In this document: positions 49,214 through 62,749 of the stretch, piece by piece
How positions within the stretch are numbered: the stretch's first letter is position 1
Layout: each line of letters starts with the position of its first letter
Assembly (NCBI GenBank): GCA_030390025.1
Contig: CM059432.1
Coordinates: forward strand, 139,626,001 to 139,690,000
Direction of reading: 5' to 3'
DNA: 64,000 bases
Origin: Squalus acanthias
Taxonomy: Eukaryota
Program-made: the position numbers and the translations under genes
Notes under the pieces: model-generated
Database searches by the model: none
What the model was told of the DNA's origin: nothing
What the model saw: only the letters and a program-made list of their open reading frames with translations

Positions 49214-52200
49214 CTGCAGTAATAAAAAAAAATATTAGAATAAGCTGAAGGGTCTATATCTGACAATTTCATGCCTTTTTTTTTGCAGCCAAATAGCAGA
49301 AGAACCTTCATAGAAACATAGAAACTAGGAGCAGGAGTAGGCCATTCGGCCCGTCGAGCCTGCTCCACCATTCAATACGATCATGGCTGATCATCCAAAT
49401 CCAGTACCCTGTCCCTGCTTTCTCATACAGAATCCCCATCGAGCCTGCACCGACACATATCCCACCCTATCCCCGTAACCAATTCCCCCTAACATATCCC
49501 ATCCTATCCCTGTAACCCCACATATTTAATCCCCCCCTAACACTAAGGGTCAATTTATCATAGCCAAATCAACCTAACCCGCACATTTTTGGACTGTGGG
49601 AGGAAACCGGAGCACCCGGAGGAAACCCACGCAGACACAGGGAGAATGTGCAAACTCCACACAGACAGTCACCCGAGGCCAGATTCGAACCCGGGTCTCT
49701 GGCGCTGTGAGGCACCAGTGCTAACCACTATGCCACCGTGTTGCCCAATGTAAAATGCTGAAAACAAACATGGTTACAATCATTCAACTATATTTAATAA
49801 ATATTTTGGGGGTGGGGAGGCGTGAAAAAAGAGGCAGTAAAAGTAAAGTAAACTCCAATTCTTAGAGGGCTCTTACAGCTGCAAGCCACATCATGTTCCC
49901 TTGTCCCAATCAAAAGAGCTACTACCCTTTGGGTCATTATTGTCAAATCTTGGTATTCAGAGGGACCTGGGTGTCCTTGTACACGAATCACAGAAAGTTA
50001 ACATGCAGGTACAGCAAGCAATTAGGAAAGCAAATGGTATGTTAGCCTTTATTACAAAAGGATTGGAGTATAAGAGTAAAAACGTCTTACTACAATTATA
50101 TAGGGCCCTGGTGAGACCACACCTGGAGTATTGTGCACAGTTTTGGTCTCCTTACCTAAGGAAGGATATACTTGCCTTAGAGGGAGTGCAATGAAAGTTC
50201 ATTAGATTGATTCCTGGGATGAAAAGATTGTCCTGTGAGGAGGGATTGAGTAGACTAGGCCTATATTCCCTAGAGTTTAGAAGAATGAGAGGTGATCTCA
50301 TTGAAACATATAAAATTCTTAAGGGGCTTGACAGGGTAGGTGCAGGGAGGATGTTTCCCCTGGCTGGGGAGTCTAGAACTAGGGGTCACAGTCGTCAGCC
50401 ATTTAGGACTGAGATGAGGAGAAATTTCTTCACTCAGAGGGTGGTGAATCTTTGGAATTCTCTACCCCCGAGGGCTGTGGAGGCTCAGTCGTTGAGTATA
50501 TTAAAGACAGAGAACGATAGATTTTTGGATATTAAGGGAATCAAGGGATATGGGGATCGTGCGGGAAGGTGGAGTTGAGGTAGAAGATCAGCCATGATCT
50601 TACTGAATGGCGGAGCAGGCTTGAGGGGCCGAATGGCCTATTCCTGCTCCTATTTATGTTCTTAAAAGCAGCACAGGTTAATTGCTCCTATTAGATATGG
50701 GAAGAGCAGAAATACCCTTGTTTTTACACTACAAGAGTGACCACACTTCAAAAGTACATCATTGTCTGTAAAGCACTTTGTGACGTCCTGAAGTAGTGAC
50801 AGGCGCTGTATAAATAGAAGTCTATCTTTCTTTATGCTAGGATGCAAGATAGCATGGCTATAAGAAAAATAGATTGTTAAATTTACTAAGTTCAGAGCTG
50901 AAGATAAACAAAAAATGAACGTATAAAAGCTTATTCGAGAAAAGAATGCATTTGTAAGGGAGAGGACGGCAATATTTAATGCTTGTGGCCTCTGCCTGCA
51001 AAAGAAATGTATTGAAAGAGAGTGGCACCCGCCTCAGGTTAGCTGGGCTGGTGCTCAAGTAAAGGAGGCTGTTTTCCAATCGGCTGGCTTTCAGTTTATT
51101 ACTTGATAGCAACTCAAAATACAGGTGTTCAGTAAATAGCAAATTATTTTTTGATGATACTAGAGTGCCCATGCTTTGTCAATTTCTCAGCATGCGAGCA
51201 ACACATCTAGGTTACTTTATTGCCCATCTCCAGTTGCCCTGAAAGGTTTGAATATTTACAACAAGCCAGTAGTTTCTATGGCCACTTTTCCTGGCGCTAG
51301 CCTCTAAAATGACCAGATTTATTGAGTTCAATTTCATAATTTGCCATGGTGGGATTTGAACTTAAGACCTCTGGCTCGCTACCATAACCACTACAATAAA
51401 AATGAGAAATACGATTCTTCGAGAACAGGTACAGATGGTTATCAAAATAAATAAAGGTATTTCCAACAACCAAGTTCGTGTTGGGACTTGTGAATGAATG
51501 ACATAACCTTCTAGTCATGCATAGGCAATGACTGGCTACACGATTCCTGCGCAGAGAACAAACCAGAATGATTTTTCATAAGAACGGTCAAAAAATGGCC
51601 AAGACACAAAAAAAACACTTTCAGCACAAAAATAAATCTCAACCGCTGATTCCAAAGTGATCTAGTTAAAGGCCGAGGAGTTCAGCTTTTGCAGTTGCCG
51701 GTGATATTCCGTCTATTTGTATTAAATAGGTGGAAAAATTATAGACTGATGACACTGAAGTAGAAAATCCTGCCCCATGGGTTTGTTGATTATGAATATA
51801 GTGATGAGACTAACTCGTGAGATTTGTACATTCTAGAGGGTTGGAATGCTGGATTTCTGATCATGTATTTGCAAATTCCTCTTCCCTGCCTCCACTGTCA
51901 TTTTTATAGGGTGGTATACCCCTTAACAAAAAAAAAATGCCCGATTTTCTCTGTAATTAACATTAACAATCTGTTACCTGTGTACATTTCACAGAATCAA
52001 TCACAGAATCCCCACAGTGCAGATAGAGGCCATTTCGGCCCATCATGCCTGCACCGACACATATCCCACCCTATCCCCGTAACCCCACGTATTTAATCCC
52101 CCTAACACTAAGGGTCAATTTATCATAGCCAAATCAACCTAACCCGCACATCTTTGGACTGTGGGAGGAAACCGGAGCACCCGGAGGAAACCCACACAGA

Positions 52201-55200
52201 CACGGGGAGAATGTGCAAACTCCACACAGACAGTCACCCGAGGCCGGATTCGAACCCGGGTCCCTGGCGCTGTGAGGCAACAGTGCTAACCACTATGCCA
52301 CTGCGCTCCTGCAATTTAGTTAGGATGTGATTGCACATTCTTCTGTTTTTGCTGCACATTCGTTGATGCCCCACTGGTGCCATCTACATGGTCTTTCACA
52401 TAAACCTTCAGCATACTTGCAAGTAGTAACATGTCAAACATCTGCCCAAAAAAGTCCAACTACACAAGTCTGTTTCTTTCGCACTCTGACTTTAGGCATG
52501 TCTATTCGAGAAGACTTGTGTTATACAATGATGCTCACTTCAAGTTGAAGGAGCAGCAAGAAATCAGGATTGTGCAAGAACCCTGAAGTGACAGGATCAC
52601 TGTAGGTGAAATGATGCTTCAAGATACACCCGTCTTTAGAAAGTGTGTGCGTGATGAAATTTAAATCACATGCAACTTAAGTGTGGAGCATTTTTGGAAA
52701 AGAAATAGATTAAATCTCATTTACACAAAAAATGTGGATGTTCGCTGATTTGGGAAAAAAATATTCATAGCTCTGATCAGGTTGCCACTAACTTTCCAAC
52801 ACTTGCTTACACTGAACAGAAGAGTCCAAGGACACATCATTCAAACAGAGTCTGCCGGGCTTTTGGTCTCCACGGCCTTGTATGAGATCACTTCTTTGCT
52901 TCGTTGGACATTTAGTTCCTGTGTCACAAAGCCTCTCTAGGAAGGAATAAAAAAGGCAAACTCGTATACCATTGCAACAGAGTTCAATTTAAAATCGTTG
53001 TACAAGTACTGTATTGTCCTCACACGAGTAGCAAGAGTGTTGCTCAGTATTAACGGTGTAGAGCAATGTTCCCTTTAATTTTTTTTGGGGTGTGCAACCC
53101 CCTTGCAGGCCCATTCAAAATACCGCGCATGCGTGGTTTTTCCCTATTTAAAAGCCGGTGAGCTGGCTGCGTGAGCGCTGCATGGCCGCAGGTAACATTG
53201 GCGTAGAGTGTCGGAAAACACAGAAGAGTTCTTGTTTCTCTTCATTTCTGTAAGTAATTTAATTCCATCCCATTCTTCCATCCCTTGCCTCTGTCCCACC
53301 ATGACAAGTCTTATTCTAGCCTCTGCTGATATGGAGATCGGGCGGGAAAGTGGAGTGGAGGTCGATGATCAGCCATGATCTTATTGAATGGCGGAGCAGG
53401 CTCGAGGGGCCAAATTGCCTACTCCTGCTCCTATTTCTTATGTTCTAAACTCAGAAATTTACAATGTGGTATGTAAAGGGTAAAAAAATTCCAGCATATC
53501 ACTTTGTGAACAGAATGTTTTGACAGCTGCTGTGTCAAAAATAATCATTTCCCAGCTGAAATTCTTTAGCCTAAATATGCTACAGAAATCAAATTTTCCC
53601 TATTTTCCTGCTGGATTCTCCCAGTATGCACGATTCACATTCTGCTGATTTCCTTTCCCATTTTGGAGCATTGCCTGTCCACCCAACTTGCCGCTGTTTT
53701 TCAAAGATGTGAATATTAAACACCCAAATACCGAACTGGTTTGAGATGACTTTGTATAGTGTACAATAGTTTACACCTCCTTCCAGCTTTTTAAAGTGTT
53801 TGCTGACACTTTTGTCAAATTCGTCGATTTGCATTTCTGACGTCTGCCCGTTGTTCTTCGCCCCCCCGCCAACCACATGGCCCAACTTGTCTGTCCTATA
53901 AAAGGGGCTTTATTCCAGTTCAACTGAAGGCTTACACCTGAAGTGTTAACCTTCCTTGTTCAAGTGCCAATCAACCAGCTGTGCAATTTCCAGCATTTTG
54001 CTGTCTTATGTTTCTAATAACATTGAAAAATGGTTTGGGTGTTCACCAAAAGAATCGTGTAGATTTTTGTGCAGGCGTCCACCAAGTTCCACCGCTCGGC
54101 TCATTTCATTTGGCAACAACTGGCGACTATGAGCATCAGCAGCAACTCTCTCTTGTTGGTTTGCTTCTAGCTGTGCATGCCTTTCGACAACCTCATTCCA
54201 CTGCACAAGGAAACAAAATTAAACAGGCTTTAGAGTTACACTGAAGTTAAATTGAACCCCCTGCCCACACCCCCCCCCTCCTCCAAATGATTTGCAATTG
54301 CTTCCTGCAATGCCACTCCACCTCCACAATTCAAAGCAACTGGCTGCTTGCATTGTTTTAGAAACCAACCTGCTTAAATTGCAGAACGGTTCCATTAAGT
54401 TGACTTAATTTGTGAACACATTTTTCTAGAATATAGGTTTGTACATGGTGGCAATGCCCAGTGTTAAAACGTAAAGCAAAAATAAAAATGACAAGTTAAA
54501 AGAAAGAACTTGCATATATATATAGCACCTTTCACATACTCAGGACGTCCCAAAGCGCTCAAGTTATAGGATTAACAATTCCCATGATAATGATTTAAAA
54601 GTCAACGTGCCAATGTGCTGATATGTTTGGTTACTTGACGACAGCCAATTTGAGGGTTAAACTGGGCTTTGTTCTTTGGACAGAAGATCAGCTCTGAACT
54701 GCTAATGATTTCCTGAAGGAATACTTCAGAATCACTTGCCCCACCAATCTGTAGTTAAAAACAATGACAATGCAACCCATTTGTTAGTGAGAGATTGCTA
54801 ATTACACCACTGGGATAACATGACTGAACAAATGCTTGCAGACAGCTTTCACAAAGTCAACCTCCCAACCTGGGCATTTGGTAAGCAAGAGATGGTAAGC
54901 AAGTTGAAAGTACATGTACAAATAACCAACTTATAAATCACTGGTCAGGCCTCAGCTGGAGTATTGTGGCCAATTCTGGGCACCACACTTTAGGAAGGAT
55001 GTCAAGGCCTTGGAGTTATGATGATCGGGAACGCACTGCCTGAAAGGGTGGCGGAAGTAGATTTAATAGCAACTTTCAAAAGGGAATTGGATAAATACTT
55101 GAAGGGGAGAAAACTGCAAGGCTATGGGGAAAGAGCAGAGGAGTGGAAATAATGCAATAGCTCTTTCAAAGAGCCAGCACAGGCACAATGGGCCGAATGG

Positions 55201-58200
55201 CCTCCTTCAGTGCAGAGAGATTGAGTGATTCTATAAAGTGGCATACAATCAAAGGATTCCAGAACTGGACATTTCTCAATTATTGTCACAGAAAGAGTTT
55301 AAATACCCAATAAAATTGAGGTATGTACTTGAACACATTAGTCCAGGAATGTTCAATCTTTTGAGCTGGGGGCCTGTTACTAATGTCAAAACCAGCGAGT
55401 GGGCTGCATGATTACGGAGAAATCCAAGCATGGTTATCATTTGGTTCATTGTAGCTTTATAATCTTCACACATCTGTATCATGACTTGACTTGACTTGAC
55501 TGTTCCAACGCACCCTTGGCCGGCCTCCTTTCTTCCACCCTCCATAAACATAAACTCATCTAAAACTCTGCTGCCCGCATTCAAACTCGCACCAAGTCCC
55601 GTTCACCCATCACCCCTGTGATCGCTGACCTACATAGGCTCCCGGTTAAGCAACACCTCGACTTTAAAATTCTCACCCTTGTTTTCAAATCTGTTCACGG
55701 CTCTGTAACCTCCTCCAGAGCTCTACAACCCTACGAGATAGCTGCACTCCTCCAATTCTGGCCTCTTGCGCAACCCCGATTTTAATCGCTCCGCCAATGG
55801 CGGCCGTGCCATCAGCTGTCTAGACCCTAAGCTCTGAAATTCCATCCCTAAATCGCTCAGCCTCTCTACCGCTCCTTCCTTCTTTAAGACGCTCCTTAAA
55901 ACCTACCTCTTTGACCAAGCTTTTGGTCATCTGCCCTAATATCGACTTTCATGGCTCGGTGTCAAATTTTGTTTGATAACGCTCCTGTGAAGCACCTTGG
56001 GACATTTTACTATATTAAAGGCGCTATATAAATGCAAGTTGTTGTTCTTGTTGTTGTAGTTGGAAACTTGACAAAAAGGCAAATAGCTGTACTAAAATGA
56101 TCACTGGATAAATATAGTAGTTCTATCTACAATATAAATAGCCAGCAAGGACTTATCCAGACAGCATAACTTCTTCCTCACTTGCCTTACCACAATATAA
56201 TCTAGCATTCTGAAACATTACTAGACATCAAATAATTAAACTTGCTTGTGTTGCCTTCCAATGGCACTCCTTTCTCATTCTCAATTAATATGGGGAGGGT
56301 GGAGACAAGCACATTTATGCTTAAAGCACATGAATAGAAAGTCCATTTTACAAATTTGTTCCACTTTTACACTCGATATTACTCACATGCTTGCCTTCAA
56401 CTTCCTTCATCGCATGCAACAGCTTAGCTTCCCTTTCTCGATTCTCACTTGCAAGGCGTGCCAACTCTGCTTGGCATTTTTCCCGATCCAAATTGTATAC
56501 CCTTTGCTTGTGCAGCATCTGTGCCTGCCAGTCCACATTGGTAGACAGCTGATCGGTTTCAGCTAGCCCCCCTTCAACATTCTGGTCAGAAATGTAACAA
56601 ATTTACATCAATGAGAAACAGTATAAATTCTCTAGTTTTTTTTTTTAAGTACCTGTACAGAGTGCAAAAGATCTTCAAAACATTTACCAGGAGTATATAT
56701 ATTGAAGAAAAATGTTGCTTGATGCTCCTATTAATTGTGATTGTTATAGCATCAATACCGAGTCAGATCAGTGCCTGCCCCAATGTTTTTTTTTTTTATT
56801 CGCTTATGGGATCTGGGCGTCACTGGCAAGGCCAGCATTTATTGCCCATCCCTAGTTGCCCTTGAGAAGGTTGGTGGTGAGCCGCCTTTTTGAACCGCTG
56901 CAGTCCGTGTGGTGAAGGTACTCCCACAGTGCTGTTAGGGAGGGAGTTCCAGGATTTTGACCCAGCGACGATGAAGGATCGGCGATATATTTCCACGTCA
57001 GGATGGCGTGTGACTTGGAGGGGAACTTGGAGGTGGTGGTGTTCCCATGTGTCTGCTGCCCTTGTCCTTCTAGGTGGAAGAGGTCGCGGGTTTGGGACGT
57101 GCTGCTGAAGAAGCCTTGGCGAGTTGCTGCAGTGCATCTTGTAGATGGTACACACTGCAGCCACGGTACGCCGGTGGTGGAGGGAGTGAATGTTTAAGTG
57201 GTGGATGGGGTGCCAATCAAGCGGGCTGCTTTGTCCTGGATGGTGTCGAGCTACTTGAGTGTTGTTGCAGCTGCACTCATCCAGGCAAGTGGAGAGTATT
57301 CCATCACACTCCTTACTTGTGCCTTGTAGATGGTGGAAAGGCTTTGGGGAGTCAGGAGATGAGAGACACTCGCCGCAGAATACCTAGCCTCTGTCCTGCT
57401 CTTGTTGCCACAGTATTGATCTAACTTAAAACTAGCAACCTAACAAAATTGGTCACTTCTCTTAGATGCTCAGAAAATGAATGTGTATGTGTGTGTTAGT
57501 GAGATGTCAGCTCTATGACAGGGCAAGAAATACAAACATCGATGGACTGAACAAGCTGAATTATTAAAAATCCATTATTGTTTCTTCCCCATGCCCAACT
57601 TGCTCTCTAAAAATAACGTTTGATATTAACAACAGAAAGAGCCCAGCTTTTTTTTAAAAAAAGCAATTTTTGACATACAGAAAATTCTCACTGCATTTTG
57701 TTGTTGTTTTCGTATCTTCACACTGGTGAAGTAGTGGAAGGATTGACAGGCTGATTAACAGTCTGACAGGCTGCGACGTCAACGCTCCTTCCATGGCCAT
57801 AACCACCTTTGTACCAGTGGATAGGGTGGCTTATCCCTATATGGTGGGAGGATCTTACAGGCTCCCACAACCCATGCGATTGCTCGTTTTTGAGACACTT
57901 TACAGTATGTAAATTAAGCTGATTATTCTGTATTCTTCTGCGTAATAAAATATTTTAGCTCAACACCGCGATTTGCCATGTGGTACTTTCCTGCCTATCG
58001 GATAGGGCAGATGTATATTGTGGGCAGCCTCCAGTGCACAGCATCTCAGTGAAAGGTACTTATTAATCCTGGGAACGCATAAAGATGCAAAGTTTTCATC
58101 GTGGGAGATGTGCGTCTGATTATGAAAACAGCATTTGCGGTGAACATGAATAATAAAATTAGGAGCGAGCCTGAACTGTAATAGCAAAACATTACCAATA

Positions 58201-61200
58201 TTACAAGGAACTACACACAATGCAAGTTTCCAGAATCTCATCACCTAATGATCATGCCTCACCTTATAATCCTCAACATCCGGATATTGGTCCATTTCCA
58301 GCAGCCTCTTAAACTTTTGTTCTTCGACATCTGCTTTGATCCAATTGGTACCCAAGTGTCCTTTCACATCCCGTGTCACAGCTTCCTGCTCCTTTACAAG
58401 TTGCTGCAATTGCATTTATAATACAATAGCATGGAGTTATATAGTAAGCAAATAAAAAGTGATTTTTTAAATAATCTGTACATTTTTATGTTTTATAGTT
58501 TGATTATTGAAACCGGAGATATTGACCCAGAGAACACAGGTACATAGAACATAGCCGATCTTACAAATATTCAAAATATCATCCAAGTGTTTTAGATAGT
58601 AAGAATGCATGCATTTCTTGGCATTTTCTTTTTAAAATGGGATATGCTTCAAGGATAAACAAAGTCTACAGTACATATAGAAACTACATTAACTGACCAG
58701 CACGTAATGAAGTATTCTTAAGCAAGTTTTGAATTTAGCAAACATTTATTCAGAATGAGGTAAGCAGAGAATGGTCGATATTAAGCCTTTTATCTAGTTA
58801 ATTGCTTAAAAAAAAAATCAATAATGCTGGACTAATATTTAGTTTCTTTGCTATGCTCATATTTCTGACATACTTTATAGCGAGTGTGTTCGATATGAGT
58901 ATTGCATACTTGCTCAAATATTCTTTTTTGCGTCTCCAGTTCCATATTTCTCACTTCAACGTCCTGAATTAAAGCAGCAGTTTCAACGTCCCGGAGAGCA
59001 ATCTTAAACCAAAAAGTGAGACAACTTTTTGTACCTCAATAAAATACACTTGAGCACAAACACACAAGGCTGTCCTTGTGTAAGAAACACAGAAAGCTAG
59101 CATGCAGATACAGCAAGCAATTAGGAAGGCAAATGGCATGTTGGCCTTTATTGCAAGGGGCTTGGAGTATAAGAGTAAGGAAGTCTTGCTACAATTGTAC
59201 AGGGCCTTGGTGAGACCACACCTAGAGTACTGTGCACAGTTTTGGTCTCCTTATCTAAGGAAGGATTAACTTGCCTTGGAGGCAATGCAACAAAAGTTCA
59301 CTAGACTAATTCCTGGGATGAGAAGGCTGTCCTATGATGAGAGATTGTGTAGAATGGGCCTATACGCTCTGGAGTTTAGAAGAATGAGAGGTGATCTCAT
59401 TGAAACATACAAGATTCTGAAGGGGATTGACAGGGTAGATGTTGAGAGGTTGTTTCCCCTGGCTGGCGTGTCCAGAACTAGGGGGCATAATCTCAGGATA
59501 AGGGGTAGGCCATTTAAGACCGAGATGAGGAGAAATTTCTTCACTCAAAGGATTGTGAATCTTTGGAATTCTCTGCCCCAGAAGGTTGTGAGTATATTCA
59601 AGGCTGAGATGGATAGATTTTTGGACTCTAGGGGAATCAAGGGATATGGAGATCAGGCGGGAAAGTAGAGTTGAGGTCGATGATCAGCCATGATCTTATT
59701 GAATGGCAGAGCAGGCACGAGGGGCCGTATGGCCGACTCCTGCTCCTATTTCTTATGAAGTATTGGGAGATTTGGGGGCGGGGGGGGGCGGTGGGTAAGG
59801 GTTTCAAGCCTGAGATTCCCCACATGATGAGTTTCTGATCTCAGCCATGTCATTGTGGGGAGCTGATACTGCGCCTCCTCCACAGGCAAGGAAAACCTGA
59901 TGAAACATCAGTCCAGATTGCTGTTATACATCTACTGGAAGCAGGTTACTAAAATGGTCCTCTTAATTGGACTTGATGAATGGTGTGGGCAAAAAAAGAT
60001 ACAAAATGCACAATTCAAAATAAATTTAGGAAAGTATGATACAAGGAACTTATTGGAAAAAAGAAAGTTTTCTCTAGGCGGAATATCACTATCACTGTTC
60101 ATCATCATGTTTACAAGGGGAGAAGGCAAAGCGAGACCAGATTTGTAAATGGATTCTGGTAGTAAAACCACAGCGAGTCGATCCATTGGCAGCAGACTCT
60201 GAACAGCCAAGTCAACTAATCTTTACACTTGCATTCCGGTCCACTGAGTCTGTAAAAAAAGAGACAACAGCTGCTCGTATACCTCTTTGTAGCTGGTTAT
60301 AGAGTGGCAAAGACTTGGAAGCAATTTGGCAACCTGTCCAGGGAATGCATGGAAAGTCAGGAGTCGGAAAATGGAGGGGGAAAAGCACAATGTTGCATAC
60401 CAAAACTTTATAGACAGACCAACAAAATATTCTAGCGGTCAAGTTTCTCACACAAATTAATGTTAAATCGTAGGAATTTTGTAGGAATAAAAGGTAGACT
60501 TGAGTCACACAGACCTTCCTGTCAATCTCATCATCAAGCCTCCTTAATTCAGATTTCTGTTGTTCCTGCTGATGTTTCAGGAAGCGCCTGTGTGCTGCAT
60601 CCAAGACTTGAAGTTCTTTTACCTTCAATTCACGCTTCACAGCAGCAAGTCTTCAAGGGAAGTAATATAATATTCAATAAGGGGAAACACTAGCTAGGCC
60701 CCTATACTTTGCAGCAGATTAATACTTAGAAGCGCATTAAAAATGAGCACTTTGATTGGTTACTTGCCACTCATTACAAATTTGTCCATTTACTTTCAGC
60801 AAGGAATAAATATAAGAACTTAACTTCATCCTTATTGAAATCAATGCGGAATTAGTAACATGAATAGACTAAATGGCCTACTCAAGTGTCAGCCTCGACT
60901 CAGTGTATAGCATTCTTGCCCCGAGTCAGAAGGTTGTGAGTTCAAGTCCAAGTCCCACTCCAGAGACTTGAGCACAAAATCCAGGCCGTCACTCCCAGTG
61001 CAGTACTGAGGGAGTGCTGCACTGTCGGAGGTGCAGTCTTTCAGATGAAACTTTAAACCGTCTGCCCTCTCAGATGCATGTAAAAGATCCCATGGTACTA
61101 TTTCGAAGAAGAGCAGGGGAGCTCTCCCCGGTGTCCTGGGCCAATATTTATCCCTCAATCAACATCACAAAAACAGATTAACTGGTCATTATCACATTGC

Positions 61201-62626
61201 TGTTTGTGGGACCTTGCTGTGCACAAATTGGCTGCTACATTTCCTACATTACACTCCAAAAAGTACTTAATTGGCTCTAAAGCACTTTAGGACATTCTGA
61301 GGTTGTGAAAGACTGAAGTTATATGAATGCAAGTTCTTTTTACTTTTTTTTTTAAAGTTGATTTCACAGAGCGTAAGAACTCAAATGATCACAGCTTTGG
61401 TAAGTTCATTAATTTAACCATGCTGTGTAAAAGAGCACCAACTTCTGAGGGAACAGGATTTCATCACTGAATTGATGTGACTGCAGAGAATTTCAAAGCA
61501 CTCCCTCAGTACTGGGCTGAATTGTCAGCCTAGTTTATGGAGTCAGGTCTCTGGAGTGGGGCTTGAATCCAAGATCTTCTGACTCAGAGGCCCTTGCACC
61601 AAGGACTTAGAAGAAACCCAAAAAAGCAACAATGAAAAAAAGCAACACACAACAATGTTGGAAAAGATAAACAGCAAAGGGAAGCAAAGAACTTTGAAGG
61701 GAGAAATTAACTTGGGAGAAAGTAAGTCACAAATACTATACAATAACCTTAGACAAAAAAAAAATCTGCCCAATGCATTGCCAGAAATGGTACTCAGGAC
61801 AGGGTTGTGGTCAGGTGCAACATCCCATGGTCAAATAGTCTTCCGGCACTCGCACTCAAGGCTCACACGTGAAGAATGCCCATTTAGGTGAGGTGCCAAA
61901 AGGCTGCTGTACCAGTAGAACCATATGCCAGCATAAGTCATTGGTAGAGGGTGGAAAGAGGAGAAGAAAGCTAAGGAAAATAAATCCTTACACACGAGCA
62001 AGAATGCAAAAAAAAAAAACCAAAACAGCTCAACTGTTTGATGCTTTTTCTTGGTGTGTTCAAATTCACGTGTACATAAGCATTAAGGAAAATTATCTAC
62101 AGAAAAAAAATCTGATCAGGATATGGGAGCAGTGGCTTGACACCGAGTCTGATTGCAATACATTTACAGCCAGCCATTTCAGTTTGGGACGCAGAAACCC
62201 TTGTGATAGCGTCTGAATAACAGTCGTGTTCAAACTGGATTAAAACATATGCACAGGTGGGAGACGTTCTGAATGATATGCCATACTGTCAAGATAAAAC
62301 CAATGGCATCATATATTTAACTGCATAGTGAGAATTTCCAGTTAGTAGACTTGTGACAGACCAAACATAAAACACATCAATGATAGCTTTTCTTATAATT
62401 ACTATTCCACATCATGGCTGTGCTTCCAATAGCTTGTGCGCTATTCCAAATTGAAACCACCAGTGCAGATTACCTCACTCTCTGTTCTACAAGTTTCTGT
62501 TCCTCCTCAAGCAGGATCTTTCTCCTCTGCTCCTCAGCTTCCTGGAGTAGCTCCTGTTGCCGGTACCAGGCTGCATTCTCAGCCTGCCTCTTGACATTTT
62601 CAGCCTGCAGTCCACATGCCAACTGC
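49074..62626 (-). CDS. TBC1D31: TBC1D31 (WDR67) 3' part, coiled-coil region, eight exons; 5' exons lie beyond the window end
   Basis: [108 protein letters not shown] matches the recalled human TBC1D31 C-terminus. All eight exons join in phase (1138 nt = 1 nt + 379 codons). Confidence 0.92.
49425..49746 (-). mobile_element. V-SINE (HE1-like)
   Basis: Head gggcaacacggtggcatagtggttagcac..ggttcgaatc; V domain tgtgtggagtttgcacattctccctgtgtctgcgtgggtttcctccgggtgctccggtttcctcccac. Confidence 0.8.
49950..50662 (+). mobile_element. CR1 3' fragment
   Basis: [36 protein letters not shown] plus tail. Confidence 0.88.
51990..52308 (-). mobile_element. V-SINE (HE1-like) with CR1-type tail
   Basis: Nearly identical to 49425-49746; ends gggccgaaatggcctc..(attctgtg)n. 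Confidence 0.8.
52811..52936 (-). CDS. TBC1D31: TBC1D31 penultimate exon (126 nt, phase 1/1)
   Basis: ttccttcctag|[50 protein letters not shown]; donor T|gtaagc. Confidence 0.8.
53064..53200. mobile_element. hAT-type MITE, same family as 17918-18088
   Basis: Termini caatgttccc / ggtaacattg; TSD gtgtagag/gcgtagag; shared internal aaagccggtgagc. Confidence 0.68.
54047..54200 (-). CDS. TBC1D31: TBC1D31 exon (154 nt)
   Basis: ttgtgcag|[36 protein letters not shown]; donor G|gtgaac is weak but gives the phase 1 needed by the next exon. Confidence 0.78.
55515..56057 (+). mobile_element. L2 3' fragment
   Basis: Colinear with 12280-12865; (GTT)n tail. Other L2 pieces at about 3368-3580, 16815-17201, 30697-30970 and 46630-46900. 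Confidence 0.82.
56387..56581 (-). CDS. TBC1D31: TBC1D31 exon (195 nt)
   Basis: tgaccag|[38 protein letters not shown]; donor CAT|gtgagt. Confidence 0.88.
56805..57415 (-). mobile_element. Zenon-like CR1-group LINE 3' end
   Basis: Colinear and highly similar to 40220-40790. Confidence 0.7.
58263..58403 (-). CDS. TBC1D31: TBC1D31 exon (141 nt)
   Basis: ttgcag|[50 protein letters not shown]; donor AAG|gtgagg. Confidence 0.85.
58910..59002 (-). CDS. TBC1D31: TBC1D31 exon (93 nt)
   Basis: ggtttaag|[34 protein letters not shown]; donor CAA|gtatgc. Confidence 0.88.
59075..59757 (+). mobile_element. CR1 3' fragment
   Basis: Same subfamily as 49950-50662. Shorter tails at about 6935-7167, 20105-20257, 24113-24370 and 53328-53445. 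Confidence 0.88.
60515..60650 (-). CDS. TBC1D31: TBC1D31 exon (136 nt)
   Basis: cccttgaag|[47 protein letters not shown]; donor AAG|gtctgt. Confidence 0.9.
62474..62626 (-). CDS. TBC1D31: TBC1D31 exon (153 nt, phase 2/2)
   Basis: ctgttcag|G CAG TTG..; [31 protein letters not shown]; donor AG|gtaatc. Confidence 0.88.
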
Positions 62627-62749
62627 CTGAACAGACCACGAGAGCAAAAATAAATGAGTATGCTAGGATACTTTGATGTTTTCACTGGACCTTTAGCAGA
62701 AGGACTCATGACTAAGTGATTATGCAAAAATGAGCGCTCATCCATATAT

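Noticed and set aside
49670..49746. tRNA gene-like A/B boxes here and at other SINE heads
   Set aside because: They run straight into SINE cores, with no proper acceptor stem or terminator.
62474..62479. Alternative TBC1D31 donor AGA|gtgagg 5 nt upstream
   Set aside because: Would be phase 0, but the next exon requires phase 2.
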